Source of the DNA: Macrostomum hystrix
Taxonomy: Eukaryota > Animalia > Platyhelminthes
NCBI GenBank assembly: GCA_950097015.1
Contig: CATNEN010000039.1
Coordinates: 12,090,001-12,154,000, forward strand
Length of the DNA stretch: 64,000 nt
Reading direction: 5' to 3'
Shown: positions 48,313 through 60,580 of the stretch, piece after piece
How the letters are laid out: each line of letters begins with the position of its first letter
Numbering within the stretch: position 1 is the stretch's first letter
Notes under the pieces: model-generated
What the model saw: the letters and a program-made list of their open reading frames with translations, nothing else
The model's database searches: none
What the model was told of the DNA's origin: nothing
Translations under genes and position numbers: made by a program

Positions 48313-49751
48313 ATGTCCGATTTGTTTCACCGCTTCAGCAGCCTTCTCCACCCAGACGTCGGCGCGCCCGAGAACGAAGTCTTCCACATCGAAGACGCAA
48401 CCTCGTCCACGTTGGACGCTGAAGTGACTAACGTGACGTCTGGGTTTACCCGTAGCACAGACTTGTTCAAGATCTACATCCGGCACAAAATTTTGGATGC
48501 AAATCTCAGTCTGAACCACAGTAGCTATCGGCTCAGCGTGCTGGAACAGTTGGCCAAACACAAGATGAGCTACCTAAAGAAGCTCGAGGCGGTTGCAGAC
48601 AAGCTTGAGGAGTCACCACGCTACGTGGCTTTGGTACAGTCCGTGCTGAGCTGCGACATGGTGGTCATCAAGCTTGGCAGCGAAAGCTTCGTGGTCAATA
48701 TTAGCCACCGATTGAACCAGTCTGAGAAGCTTCGACCCAACAGCAAGGTTGGCATCCGGTTCACGCCATATGGTGGCATGGAGATCTACAGGGTGTTCCC
48801 GGACGTGCAAGATCCTCTAGTGTCGCTAATGCTGGTGCAAAAGGATACGGAGTCAACCTACGAAATGATCGGCGGCCTAGAACGGCAGATTCGCGAGATC
48901 AAGGAGGTGGTAGAGCTGCCGATCCTTCATCCGGAACTCTTCACATCACTGGGGATCTCACAGCCGAAGGGTGTGCTGCTTTATGGCCCACCTGGCACTG
49001 GAAAGACCATGTTGGCTAGGGCGGTTGCGCATCACACCAAGTGCTCCTTCTTCAAGCTTTCTGGTACGGAGCTTGTTCAGAAGTACATTGGCGAAGGAGC
49101 GCGGCTAATGCGAGAGTTATTCATTCTTGCGAGAAAGAAGGCGCCGTCAATAATTTTCCTAGACGAAGTTGACAGCATTGGATCAAGGAGGTCAGACGGC
49201 GGCGGTGGTAGTCACAACGGCGGCGGTGGTGGTTCCTCCTGCGAGCGAACTATGATCGAGCTGCTCAACCAGGTGGACGGCTTCGAGCCAGTTGAGAATA
49301 TTAAAGTAAAATGCAGTCCGTGTGCCGATATTATTAACGCAAGCGTTTAAAAAACGGTAGTTTCGATCATGTTGACAGAAAATTCATAAAAATTCCTACC
49401 TTACAGGTCATCCTGGCCACGAACCGCATTGACACACTGGACGAAGCGCTGATCCGTCCGGGCCGCGTTGACAGGAAGATCTTCTTCCCGCCGCCCAACC
49501 TGCAGGGTCGAATCGACATTCTGCGCATCCACTCGCGCCGAATGAACCTTGGCCGGGGAGTCTGCTTGCGCACCGTGGCGGAGTCGATGCACGGTGCCTC
49601 CGGCGCCGAGCTGAAACTTATCTGCCAGGAGGCGGCCTTCTCGGCGCTGCGCGAGGGTCGCCAGTTTGTGACGCATGAGGACTTCATGCAGCGCATCGAC
49701 AAGGTGATGAAGAGCCTTACGTCACGGGACGAAAGTATGCAGACGAAATAG
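48313..49751 (+). CDS. PSMC5: 26S proteasome AAA-ATPase Rpt6/PSMC5-like, divergent paralog (exons 48313-49305, 49407-49751)
   Basis: DPLVSLM...[78 protein letters not shown]|[21 protein letters not shown]. Confidence 0.88.
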
Positions 49752-51842
49752 TGCCAAGATAAATAATAATAATAAATGCCATGGTTGCCGTACCAATAAC
49801 AGCCAAAGTTCATTTTACCTTTTAGTTTAAATAAAAATTTTGTATTTTATTTAGTTTTTTATTTCACTAGCTACGGCTGCTGTAACTGTTTTAATGGTCA
49901 GCGAGTCCTGGAGCTGTAGTTTGAAGGACCACTGTGGGTGTAGTGGTGTTTTTTAGCGCCATTCTGTGAAGAACCATTGTTAAAACTGACGTAAACCAAT
50001 ATTAGTACTTTATTAATTAGCATTTAGCTACGTCAGATTTCATTGAATTACTAGCAACTGCTGTCAATAAAATTCGTTTAAATTTAAGGATTTTTACTAT
50101 TACATTTTGGAAACAATGGCCAATTCTAAAAATACCAGTGAAAATAACGGACCATTGAAGGAATTAAAAAAATTATTGAATAGAAAAGTAAAGCTACGTA
50201 TTTAAAGTTTTTATAAAAATCTACGATTTTAATTAGTTTTTAACAATGGAGAGAATTTTCGAGAGTTGAAATGGTGAGAGAACAGAACAAGCACTCAGCT
50301 TCAGACCTGTTCAAAAAACACAACGTTGGTTCGGTACACCCTCTTCGGATTCAGCATGCTTCAAATATTACATTTGAAGTTTTTTCAAAGTTCTCCCATA
50401 TATCCACACTGACATAGTGAAGACGTCTGCGCTAGCGCTTGTCAAGCAGACCCCCCGTAAGAAGTTTAGCTTAGCTTATTTCCGCCCACATCATCGGTCT
50501 CTCGTCATCAGCGGATGAGACCCTCGAGGAATAATCGAGTTCCAGCGATCAGCCGTTACTGGGGAGGTTACTGGGGATGACGCTGGCGTCTCATGGGGAG
50601 ACAGTAGGTCGTGGGTGAAAAAGAAGAGGATTAATTCATCAGGCCAGCTGCGCAAAATGCAAAGGGGATTAAGGCCGACGCGCAGCTTGGGAGGCTGGGT
50701 CCGGGGGTTGGGAAATCCCGATCAGATCATCCTTTAGCCCCCGTTGCAATCCTCGGCCCCTTTACGCAAGATTCTGTTTCTATCGGCTGTTTTTATTCCA
50801 TCTGAGCGAACAGTGCCATGGAGACTGACCTGTTGCGAGAACGCGCATTTCGTTAGACGCCGTAAAAGAGACTTCAAAATGAACTGAAAGAATAAGATGC
50901 AAAATATATTGTGTGCTGATTTGGCAATTCCAAATTGTGGAAGGAAAATTCACATTTCTGGAGAAATGATTAATGGATTTTAAAATGAGAGACGGGGAGA
51001 AATTGTCCGGATGAATTGAGTCTTACTGGCTTCGAACTAAAGCTAGTAAAAAAAGTAAAGAACAAGTGTCGGCGGCGTCGCATGCCCGATAGTTGAAGCC
51101 AGTAACGAAGTGAAAGAAGATCAAAGCGACCACGAACCTAACCAGATGAGGACAGAAAGGAAATTGAAACGACAGCCAGCCTAGCCCAGTATAGTTAACT
51201 ATTCCCTTGACGGCTGCGGAGGCTGGGGTGCGGCCCAGCTCAAACCGAAGTCTTCAGGGATCCCAGCTGTACAACCGGTTTGATCTGTACCAAATAAATC
51301 AGTCAGCAATGTTTATGTGCATGTGCAGTGATATTGCCAGCAGCATTAGTTATTTTACAGTCGCAGAACTGGGCTGGCACAATGAAAGCCATCTATTATT
51401 ATTGCCTTAAAATACTCGCCATCGGCATCTGCAATAGACCCGGGACCCGCTTCCTATCCTGGTTTATCGCTCCGAAACGATTTCTAATTAAAAATATAAA
51501 TATCAACCTTTATGTGATAGAGCCGCCTCTGCCACAGATCTGCTCTAGCTACACATTCCTTCCCGCGTCATTGGTCCGTGCCGGCAGAGAAATCCTTCTC
51601 TCCCGGGTTCGGAACACTCGGGTTGGCATTGGCCAGCGGATGGAAAAAAGAGAGAGAGAGAGAGAGAAGGGAGAGGAACAACAGAAAAGAGAATTCTGCC
51701 AGCTAAAAAGGTACTGGGGGAGTTTTCTTTCCAAGCTCCTGCTTCATTTGATTGACAGCAATACGAAAGGACTCAATTTTTTAGTTCGACATTTTTAGCT
51801 CATACCGACCAAACAGGACGGCGACGCCTCTCCCTCTGCAGC

Positions 51843-54800
51843 ATGCGATCCTCCGCTGGGCACGACGCGAGTTCGAATCCGCTCCACCGGCTGTACCAGA
51901 CTCGTCGACAGACGGGTAGCGCCGGACAGGAGCTCCTATGGAAGGTGTTTGAGGCCACCCGTACGGACGACGGAAAGGTGGGATGTTATTAATGCCGACA
52001 AAAATTAATACCCACATTATTTAGTGACAGTAGACCCTCAGCCAGCGAGAGGCAATAGTACGCATTTCGCACATACTTCACGCAGGCACACACTCACACA
52101 GGTGTGTACGTCTGCCCTGATTTTCTCATCTTCAGACAGAGTACACTTTCACTGTGCCTTGGAGGTTGGCCCTCATTGGCGTAAATTGCACGACAAGCCC
52201 TCAACCCTTCTCTACGCGGCTGCGCCAAAAATAAATGTGGTCTCGCCGCGGAATCGAGTTTAGAGACCTTCGTGCGAGAGGCAAACGCAACATTTGACAA
52301 CAGGAATGCAGATAACATTTACATTCAGCTACCCTGAGCGAAAGAGAAAACTTTCTCGCGCTTAATAAAATCAATATTCGATTAATCCAAATAAAAATAG
52401 GATAGAAATAAGCTGTTGATAGACAATCCATTTCTTCTCTGTCTCACCTGCAGCACCTTCCAATGCGATTATAAATCAACACTACACTTTCTCTACAGGA
52501 AACAAGAAAATTATTCTTTCTGTCAGTACTGAGAAGGTGAAAATTTCTAGGAAACGACTCACTCTCATGTCGCACAAGATCGCATGAGCATAGCGGCTTG
52601 GAGAGCAGAACAAGTAAAAAACCGGGTTGATGTTTTCTGTTTTGCTAGTTCCAGCTGTCAAACTGAGTACGAGGCGATCATTTGTTAAAAAACGTTTTTT
52701 CCCTCCGTCCAAATCGGTCACTCCGAAAGCTAAAATAGCTAGATTGCAACATATTTTGCTATAAAATAGCTATTTGCAGATAAAGTTGTCTAGGCCGGTT
52801 AAAAAAGTAAAAAGAGTAACTAATTGCGTTGTTCTCAGACAAAAATTTTCTCCCTTGGGCCGAGGCCGTCTGATCTGTTTGCCTCTTGCACGAAGGTCCC
52901 TGAGCTCAATTCCGCGGCGAGGCCACATTCATTTGGAGTGCGTTTGCTCACGGAAAGCTTCTTATATAATTTACATCCTTGAGGGCCAACCCCTCGAAGG
53001 TGAAGGTGTACATTTCTCGACGGTGAGAAAGTCAGGTCAGACCTAGGTGAGTGTGCTCGAGTATGATATCTATGTGCGAGAGTGCTCAAGAGTCAGCGGA
53101 ATGGTCACTTTCTGTCACCAATAGTTACTGTCACCAAATGATATGCCATGACCTTTCACAGCCCTCCTGTACATATTTTATGTATTATTTTTTATCCCTT
53201 GTCCCTTATTTTGGTTGGGATTCGAAAACACGACCTTTCTTTTAATAGTCCTAAGCTTCAACCACTTGACTTAGTTGCTATGCTCAAGAAATATGCAGAC
53301 CATTCTTAAGTTTTTTGTACTCGTAGGTAAATTGAAAAAAACAATTAGAAAAAAATACTACAACGACATTTAAAATCGCCAAAATTTTGAAAATAACAAT
53401 CACCAGGCTGTAAATACATTGCTTTCAGAGTTTATCTAAAGGTCATGTTTTTGCCGACACAGCCTCTATCTTATATGATAATTTTTAACAAAAACATTCC
53501 TACACATGTTGATTTCAAAATTAAAAATTCTAGAGAAAGAAAGACAATTTTTTATTAGAATAAAAGTGCATCGCGCGAAGCAGCTGCGGTTTCTAAGAAA
53601 AGGCTTTGAAGGCTTTCACTCGTGAGCAAAAAATCTGACAGGAAGTTGCTGGAGTCCGCCATCTCATAACAACAGTTTCTATAGCTTGGCCTAAATATAT
53701 ATATATATAACTAGTTATAGACTATATGCTATTATATCCCAGAGATTTACAGCTCAACACAGTTCAACGCCGAGTTTAAAAATTTAATTAGCAGTCGCAT
53801 TTTAACTAAATGCATCAGTTAAACAAACACTTGACGCGTGTGAGGTTGTTTTGACAGACGGTTCTGCTTATCTGCCTTGCCAATGCCAATGGCACTTCAA
53901 AAAGTACATGTTTTGACAAATATCATTACAGTTCAGTGATTGGCACTCGATCGCTATAGGTGACGTCGATAGGTGACGTCGATATCTAGCCTGTCTAATG
54001 CTATCAATCTAGTGCGTCATTTTACAAGGAGTGAGAATTTTCCGAAATCCCTTCTCAAACCCTGATAAAATCTTTATAACTATCTCTCCTGGTCTCACTC
54101 TATTAGCTGTGACCCGTTTTCTACTTGTCATTCGAGTTAGACCGAATTCAGACTAAAAATGGCGAATCGGAAATGAAGAAAAATAATCCACCAGGGTTTC
54201 TTTTTTAATCCGAATTTAGCCAGCGTCAAAAAAGACTAATAAAATTTGGCAAAAAATGCCCGGAAGTGACTTTGGGTCATGCTGACTGTCTGTTCTCATT
54301 CCGAACTTATGATAAGACAAAGACTAAAATGGATGGGCTGAAATTTAGGTGCCTTTCCGATCGCTCTCGCGGAATGATCAAAGGCTGTAGCCTGATTGGG
54401 GATGATTGAGTCTATGCTCAGTAGAGCCTCATTAAGACTAAAGTTAAGCCTGCTTTTATGGGCTGCAGATTGTACAGAGACGTGATCGGCCCAGTAGCAG
54501 CCGGATCGACCTCTATTTTTAGTCACCGAACACTCTCTCTCTCTTGCTACCTCTGTCTCTCTTAGCCCTTAGTTCGTTCATCCGGGTCACAATGCCCTGC
54601 CAGCGGCAGGACAATTGGGAATTGTCGAGATTGAACTTTTTCTGTCATCCGACCCCCCGCCCCTGACTAGAAGACAGGAGACACATTGGAGAACTTTTTT
54701 AATCTGCTCAAATCCCGACGGAATGAACGAGTTCCCTAGATGATCAATAGATAATGGGGCCTCGATTCATCATTTTCTAGGCATATTTGAATCGATTCTC

Positions 54801-57800
54801 TTTTTACGCATTTTTTTTACTTTAAATTTGTATCCCCTGAGTTTTTATAATGACGCGCTTGTAAAATTTCCATCGTCCGGCCTAGGAGGCGTCGCTGCTG
54901 GTGTTCGACAAGAAGATAGCGGACAAGCTTCACAAACCAAAGCGTCGGGAGACTGTGTCCGAAATCTTGCGCCGCGAAGTCCGCTACTTGGAGCGCTTCA
55001 AGCACCCGAAACTTCTGCAGATCTGGCATCCCGCCGAGGACAGTGGGTGAGGGCGCTGCGCACGAGAGTTGGCGTGGTGGGGCTGGCTCACTGGGGTTGG
55101 GGTGGTGGGGTGTACTCCCTGGGGTTGGGGCGGTGAGGCTTGCGCATCAGGGTTGGGGTGGTAGGGCGGGCTCACTGGGGTCGGGGTGGTGGGGCGGGCT
55201 CACTGGGGTTGGGGTGGTGGGGCATGCACATCAGGGTTGGGGTGGTGGGGCGTTTTACACTGGGGTTGGGGTGGTGGGGCGGGTACACTGGGGTTGGGGT
55301 GGTGGGGCGGGCTCCCTGGTGTTGGGGTGGTGGGGCGGGCTCCCTGGTGTTGGGGTGGTGGGGCGGGAACACTGGATGGGGGTGGTGGGGCGGGCTCACT
55401 GGGGTTGGGGTGGTGGGGCGGGCTCCCTGGTGTTGGGGTGGTGGGGCGGGAACACTGGATGGGGGTGGTGGGACGGGCTCGTTCTTGAGCTTGTGCGGCA
55501 GACATTTTTTTCGTTAAAGTAGGGTGGTTTTAACATGCGTATTTTAATGTCGATTGTCTGCTTGAATCTTTTAATTTATTGATTTTTTTACGCAAATATG
55601 AAGTAAATGAATTACAGTGACAGCTTGGCCTTTGCCACCGAGCCTATTTGGGGCAGCTTGGCTAACTTTCTAGGCAAGTGCGACAGAATTTCTCCAACAG
55701 TGCCGGCTGAAATCAAGGTAGGAGCTTGTTTAGCTGAACTTAAATTCCGAACTGAACTTAAAGCACACTTTTTGAAAGATAAAACGAATGGCAAGGATGT
55801 TGACAAGAGCCATGATAGTTTTAATGGGTTAGAGAATCGATCCTTAAATAGAATGTACCTTGGCGAGCGAGTGCTTGAGAGGGAAACAGAATCAGTCGTT
55901 AGATGGAATGTACATTGGCGAGCGAGTGCTTGAGAGGGAAACAGAATCAGTCGTTAGATGGAATGTACATTGGCGAGCGAGTGCTTGAGAGGGAAACAGA
56001 ATCAGTCGTTAGATGGAATTTACATTGCCGAGCGAGTGCTTGAGAGGGAAACAGAGTCAGTCGTTAGATGGAATGTACATTGGCGAGCGAGTGCTTGAGA
56101 GGGAAACAGAGTCAGTCGTTAGATGGAATGTACATTGCCGAGCGAGTGCTTGAGAGGGAAACAGAATCAGTCGTTAGATGGAATGTACAAATTGCCGAGC
56201 GACAGCTCGAGAAAGGTAAATAAAACTAGGCAAAACAAAACAAACAAAATTAGTTGCATGAACGCATGAAAAAAGTATTTTATCGACAATATTTTTGAAT
56301 TCGAAAATATTTTGCCTAGCAGCTTAGCTTATAATTACATCTGGCTTCCTGTTTCAAATGCAGCAGCTTTTAGCTTAATTGGTCATGTCTAATGCGAGGA
56401 CTTTCAGTCGAAGAAGCCCTCAGCGGTTTCCAAGACAAACAAAGGGCTTCTAAGAATTGAGTCGACTGTCCTGTCCATCTTGTCTGCGGAGCGAGAACGA
56501 CCAGCTGGCAACTGAGAAGCGTTTGAGATGCGTGACCGACTCAGTCCGTTCTGTCAGTCAACCAGCCAGCCCCATCGCAATGCACTTATTGTCTCCTCTA
56601 TATGAGAGGAGGCTGAATGTATAGATAAAAGCCCTGACTTGAATTCCGTGTCTATAATTTCTCTTGCGATGCTATTGCTAGCTAACAGCTTCTGCCTTTA
56701 AAAGTGAAATTTTGGAGAGATAAAAATGCGTGGCATGAAGTGGATAAATGAATGAGAAGCTGCGTGTCTGCTGTTACTGTCCCATTGTGCATGCTTGTGT
56801 GTCTGTTTCTCTTAACAGTAGAAACGCCACAGTAGAAGCGAGTATTTCGAATTTTTGTGAAAGTCCACCATTTCGATCAAAATTCTCCGACCTTTACGAT
56901 GAACTGCTCCAATGCTCTGTGACTAACTTTCATGGCGATTGGTTGAGTGTTTTAAGAGATATACAAAAAAGTGTGGGTATTTGAAATACCTCGCAGTCTT
57001 TCTGCAGTTAAACCATTATTTTCTGCTCCAGTACAAAAATTTCAACACCGGATCTATATAATAATTGCAGGAGGGTCTGACGGAAATGGAGATCAAACAT
57101 GGAATTTACCAGGTATTAAATAACTTCTTAAATGACTAAAATAGTGAGAAAAATGTATTACTTTTAAATGGAAATTTACAACTCTTAAACATAGGTGAAC
57201 GAGGCACTGAAGTATCTTCATTGCACACAGAAGGTGATTCACGGCAACCTCAGCCCCAGCTCCATCCTGATCACCAAGCGAGGCTGCTGGAAACTTTCTG
57301 GCCTCGGATTCGTGGAAAAATCTAGCGCGCTTCACGTGAGCAGCTCAGTAGATTTTCATTAACTTTTTTGAGCTCAAGTGTCCCTTTTCGGGTATCAATG
57401 TCCCTTTTGCGCGCCCTCAAAATTCCACATTGACAACTGCGAAATTCTATGTTAATAAGATTGTACCATGACTACGTGGCTATCGGGCGGGCTGATATTC
57501 GATTATTGCCATAGACGATGTCATTTTGGCCCGAAAAGTTGGGCCGATAATGGATTATTTTTGTGTATTTTAACGTATAGCCACATACTATAAGCCACAT
57601 AGTCTATGGTACAATCACAGTATTACCCAGGCTTTGCGGGCGATAATGAGAAATCCCTCGGGCGCCTTCGGCGCCCTCTGGCTTTCCCATTATCGCCCTG
57701 AAAGCCTGGGTAATAATATACTATTGTCCTAAACTTCATCAATGCAAAAAATTTGCGGGCACTATGTTGGAGATAGGCAGAAAGTTGAGAAAGTCTATGG

Positions 57801-60572
57801 TCAAAAGCTATTTCTTCCGTGGATGGACAATCTTTGTGCCATAGACTAAACACTCGGATTAATCGAGAGGACGGGGCTAGGGAGCCGCGTTTTGAAGCAA
57901 CTGTTCTAGAAAGTTCTGTCAGCCCAATCAACTACTGACTAAGAAAGTTGAGCTGTGCGAATCTGCCCGACCAACTGATCAGTGGTCTGTCAACAGAGGA
58001 GTTGAATTGGGTGTCGTCAGAGTCAGCAACCCGCTATTTGGAAGAATTGAGTGTCGAGTTCGCTCGACAACTAGACACTGAAGAAATTGAACGAGAAGGA
58101 ATCCCGATGTCCTCTGAAAGACGGATGGCGGACGCTGTGACGAGGTTTCAAAAGTTTTTGACTGATAAGCAATTGTCATCAGATCTGATGCGAGTACCTC
58201 CTACTATTTTGAACAACTATCTGCGTCTCTTCTATTCAACGCTAAGGACCCAGGATGGCCTGTTCTACGCGCCTCCAACACTGCTTTGCATTCGAGCCGG
58301 ACTATATTGAAAACTAATTCGGCTGAGCACACTGGCAGTGGGTGTAGTCAATGGCCTGGTTCGATTTCTAGTACGAGCGTAAACAAGAATATTATGTTCT
58401 CACTTCTTAGAAGCCGAGGTAGGCAGAAGATCGCTAGAAGGTTAATTAACGAAGTTACCGGGGGTGAGTGGCGAAGCGGTTAACGCGTTTGCCTCTCGCA
58501 CCAAGGTCCCATTTGGGTCGCAGCAGCGGAGGAAGGAGGGCCAACCTCCATGGCCTATGGAAATTGTGCACTACTGGACGGTGAGAAAGTCAGGGCAAAT
58601 GTACACACCTGTGTGAGAGTGTGCATGTGTGCTATGGAGTCAGCGAAATTGGCAGAATGGCCGCCTCTCGCTGGCTGCAGGTCTAGTGTCACCAAATGAT
58701 GTGCCAGTGTCCACAGCCCTTCTGCTAATAATAATAATATTATTAACGAATCTAAAAGTAATTCTCAAACTGTATCTTTAGTTTTTTGTTGCGATAGTTA
58801 ATGTATCGTTAATAACTTTTCTGCGTGAGTTTTTCTTTACAAAACAGGCATCTGATTATTGTTTATGACTTTCAGGAGGCCTACAATTTTACCCAGTGGA
58901 CGTCGAAGCTGCCAAAACTGGCCCAGCCAGATTTGGACTATCTGGCGCCGGACCTGCAGATTTACGGCAAGGCCACCCAAGCCTGCGACATTTTCTCCCT
59001 TGGTCTCGTTGTTCATTCCATCTTTAACAGGGGCGTCTCATTGCTGGACGCTGGACGAAGCAGTCAGCAGTACCATCGCAAGGTCGAAGAGGTGAAAATT
59101 TCGTGCCGAAGTGTGATTAAGGTGTCAGGATCAAGGTGTCAGGATCAAGGTGTCAGGATCAAGGTGTCAGGATCAAGGTGTCATGATCAAGGTGTCAGGA
59201 TCAAGGTGTCAGGATCAAGGAGGTGTCAGGATCAAGGTGTCATGATCAAGGTGTCAGGATCAAGGTGTCAGGATCAAGGTGTCAGGATCAAGGTGTCAGG
59301 ATCAAGGTGTCAGGATCAAGGTGTCAGGATCAAGGTGTCAGGATCAAGGTGTCAGGATCAAGGTGTCAGGATCAAGGAGGTGTCAGGATCAAGGTGTCAG
59401 GATCAAGGTGTCAGGATCAAGGTGTCAGGATCAAGGTGTCAGGATCAAGGTGTCAGGATCATAATTTCCAGACGTCTAGTATCGAAAAAATATATAGCTT
59501 TCAATCCAACACCGTGACAGCATTGAGTAACTCAGACAGCTCATGAAATGACTTTCAGCTGCCGGTGAATGTGCCAAAGGCTCTGACTCAGCTGCCATGC
59601 GAACTGGCCGACATGGTGGAGAAAATGCTGGACAGGGAGCCCAGGCACAGGCCGTCTGCACAGCTGCTCAGCATGGTAGGCAAGGCCCCTTCACTATCCG
59701 CCCCTTCACTATCCGCCCCTTCACTATCCGCCCCTTCACTATCCGCCCCTTCACTATCCGCCCCCTCACTATCCGCTCCTTCACTATCCGCCCCCTCACT
59801 ATCCGCTCCTTCACTATCCGCCCCCTCACTATCCGCTCCTTCACTATCCGCCCCCTCACTATCCGCTCCTTCACTATCCGGCCCTTTGCTTATCACCCTC
59901 GGAGATTTAGGATGCAGAATTGCAATGCGGGGAAGAATTCCGGTAGCGGCATTCGCAGATTTTAAAAGCCAGCTACGAGAGGCACATTTTTCAGTGTCAC
60001 GCCGCCTGATATTTCGCCTGAAGCGATCTCAAAGGATTTCGAAGCGAACAAGCCGACGCTGCCAACCCCAACTCCGCCGCAAACTCCGCCGTCACCGCCA
60101 GTCTTCACCCATTCGCGTCCCTTCCGTAGGGGCGCATTTTTTTATCTCTTGATTCTAATCTCCTTCGTTCAGCCTCCCCGCCTTAACCCCCTCACCTCTT
60201 TGCATTTGAATTCGCATTTGAAGCCTGTCGTGTCTGCGTGTCTCTCTGGACTCGTCTTGTGTTGACTTTCATGACTAGCGCCATATAGAAGTGCTTGGTG
60301 GCATACTGGATGTTTGACTTGCTCTGGCAGTAGCCGTCTGACACCAACATATCCCAGTGATCACGGCCGCCAATTAATTTTTCCAATGTCAATTTTTAAG
60401 CATTTATTTAGACAAGCCATCCCTTGCCCAAACGCTGCAGAACAAGTACTTTCAAGACCCTCTTCTGCTGGCCTTGGAGGGCCTGGTGACCTGCGAAGCA
60501 AAGACGGTTGAACAGAAGAAGGAATTCTTCAGCCTGCTCATGCAGACCATGATGCGAGAACAGTTTCCCAAG
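51843..60572 (+). CDS. SCYL2: SCY1-like pseudokinase 2 family protein, 5' part (continues beyond the window)
   Basis: Approximate exons 51843-51977, 54886-55046, 55618-55717, 57071-57112, 57195-57335, 58876-59091, 59559-59675, 60441-60572. Translation NP...GSAG.EL.WKVF, VFDKK..DK, RFKHPKLL, DSLAFATEP..GSLAN, EIKHGIYQ, L.YLH...VIHGNLSP, WKLSG, AQPDLDYLAP, CDIFSLG, RPSA, YFQD. Exact start uncertain. Confidence 0.85.
52012..52289 (-). mobile_element. tRNA-derived SINE copy
   Basis: Reverse-complement similarity to 7117-7447. Confidence 0.75.
52860..53190 (+). mobile_element. tRNA-derived SINE copy (degenerate)
   Basis: Shares tttgcctct..aaggtccct..ctc.attccgcggcgaggccacattcatttgg, gagaaagtcagg and tcaccaaatgat with the 7117 copy. 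Confidence 0.75.
55065..55480. repeat. G-rich minisatellite of about 27-28 bp (ggggttggggtggtggggcgggctcact)n
   Basis: Tandem degenerate copies directly after an SCYL2 donor site. Confidence 0.9.
55851..56200. repeat. 55-bp minisatellite, about 6 copies
   Basis: tggcgagcgagtgcttgagagggaaacagaatcagtcgttagatggaatgtacat repeated head to tail. Confidence 0.93.
57621..58310 (+). mobile_element. Crypton-like (DUF3504/tyrosine recombinase N-terminal region) remnant with upstream hairpin, in an SCYL2 intron
   Basis: ORF 57948-58310 contains AVTRFQKFL...LNNYLRLFY..LR..DG.FY...TL..IRAGL, typical of the region before DUF3504; 95-bp palindrome at 57621-57715. Confidence 0.55.
58461..58742 (+). mobile_element. 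tRNA-derived SINE copy with internal deletions
   Basis: gcggttaacgcgtttgcctctcgc.ccaaggtccc head, shared body, (AAT)n tail. Confidence 0.78.
59119..59460. repeat. 14-bp minisatellite (aaggtgtcaggatc)n
   Basis: Direct tandem copies in an SCYL2 intron. Confidence 0.95.
59685..59880. repeat. 15-bp minisatellite (ccccttcactatccg)n
   Basis: Direct tandem copies starting about 10 nt after a donor site. Confidence 0.95.
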
Positions 60573-60580
60573 GTAAGGTG

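Noticed and set aside
55851-56200. CRISPR-like appearance of the 55-bp and other arrays
   Set aside because: Units are contiguous with no unique spacers, there are no cas genes, and the context is eukaryotic.
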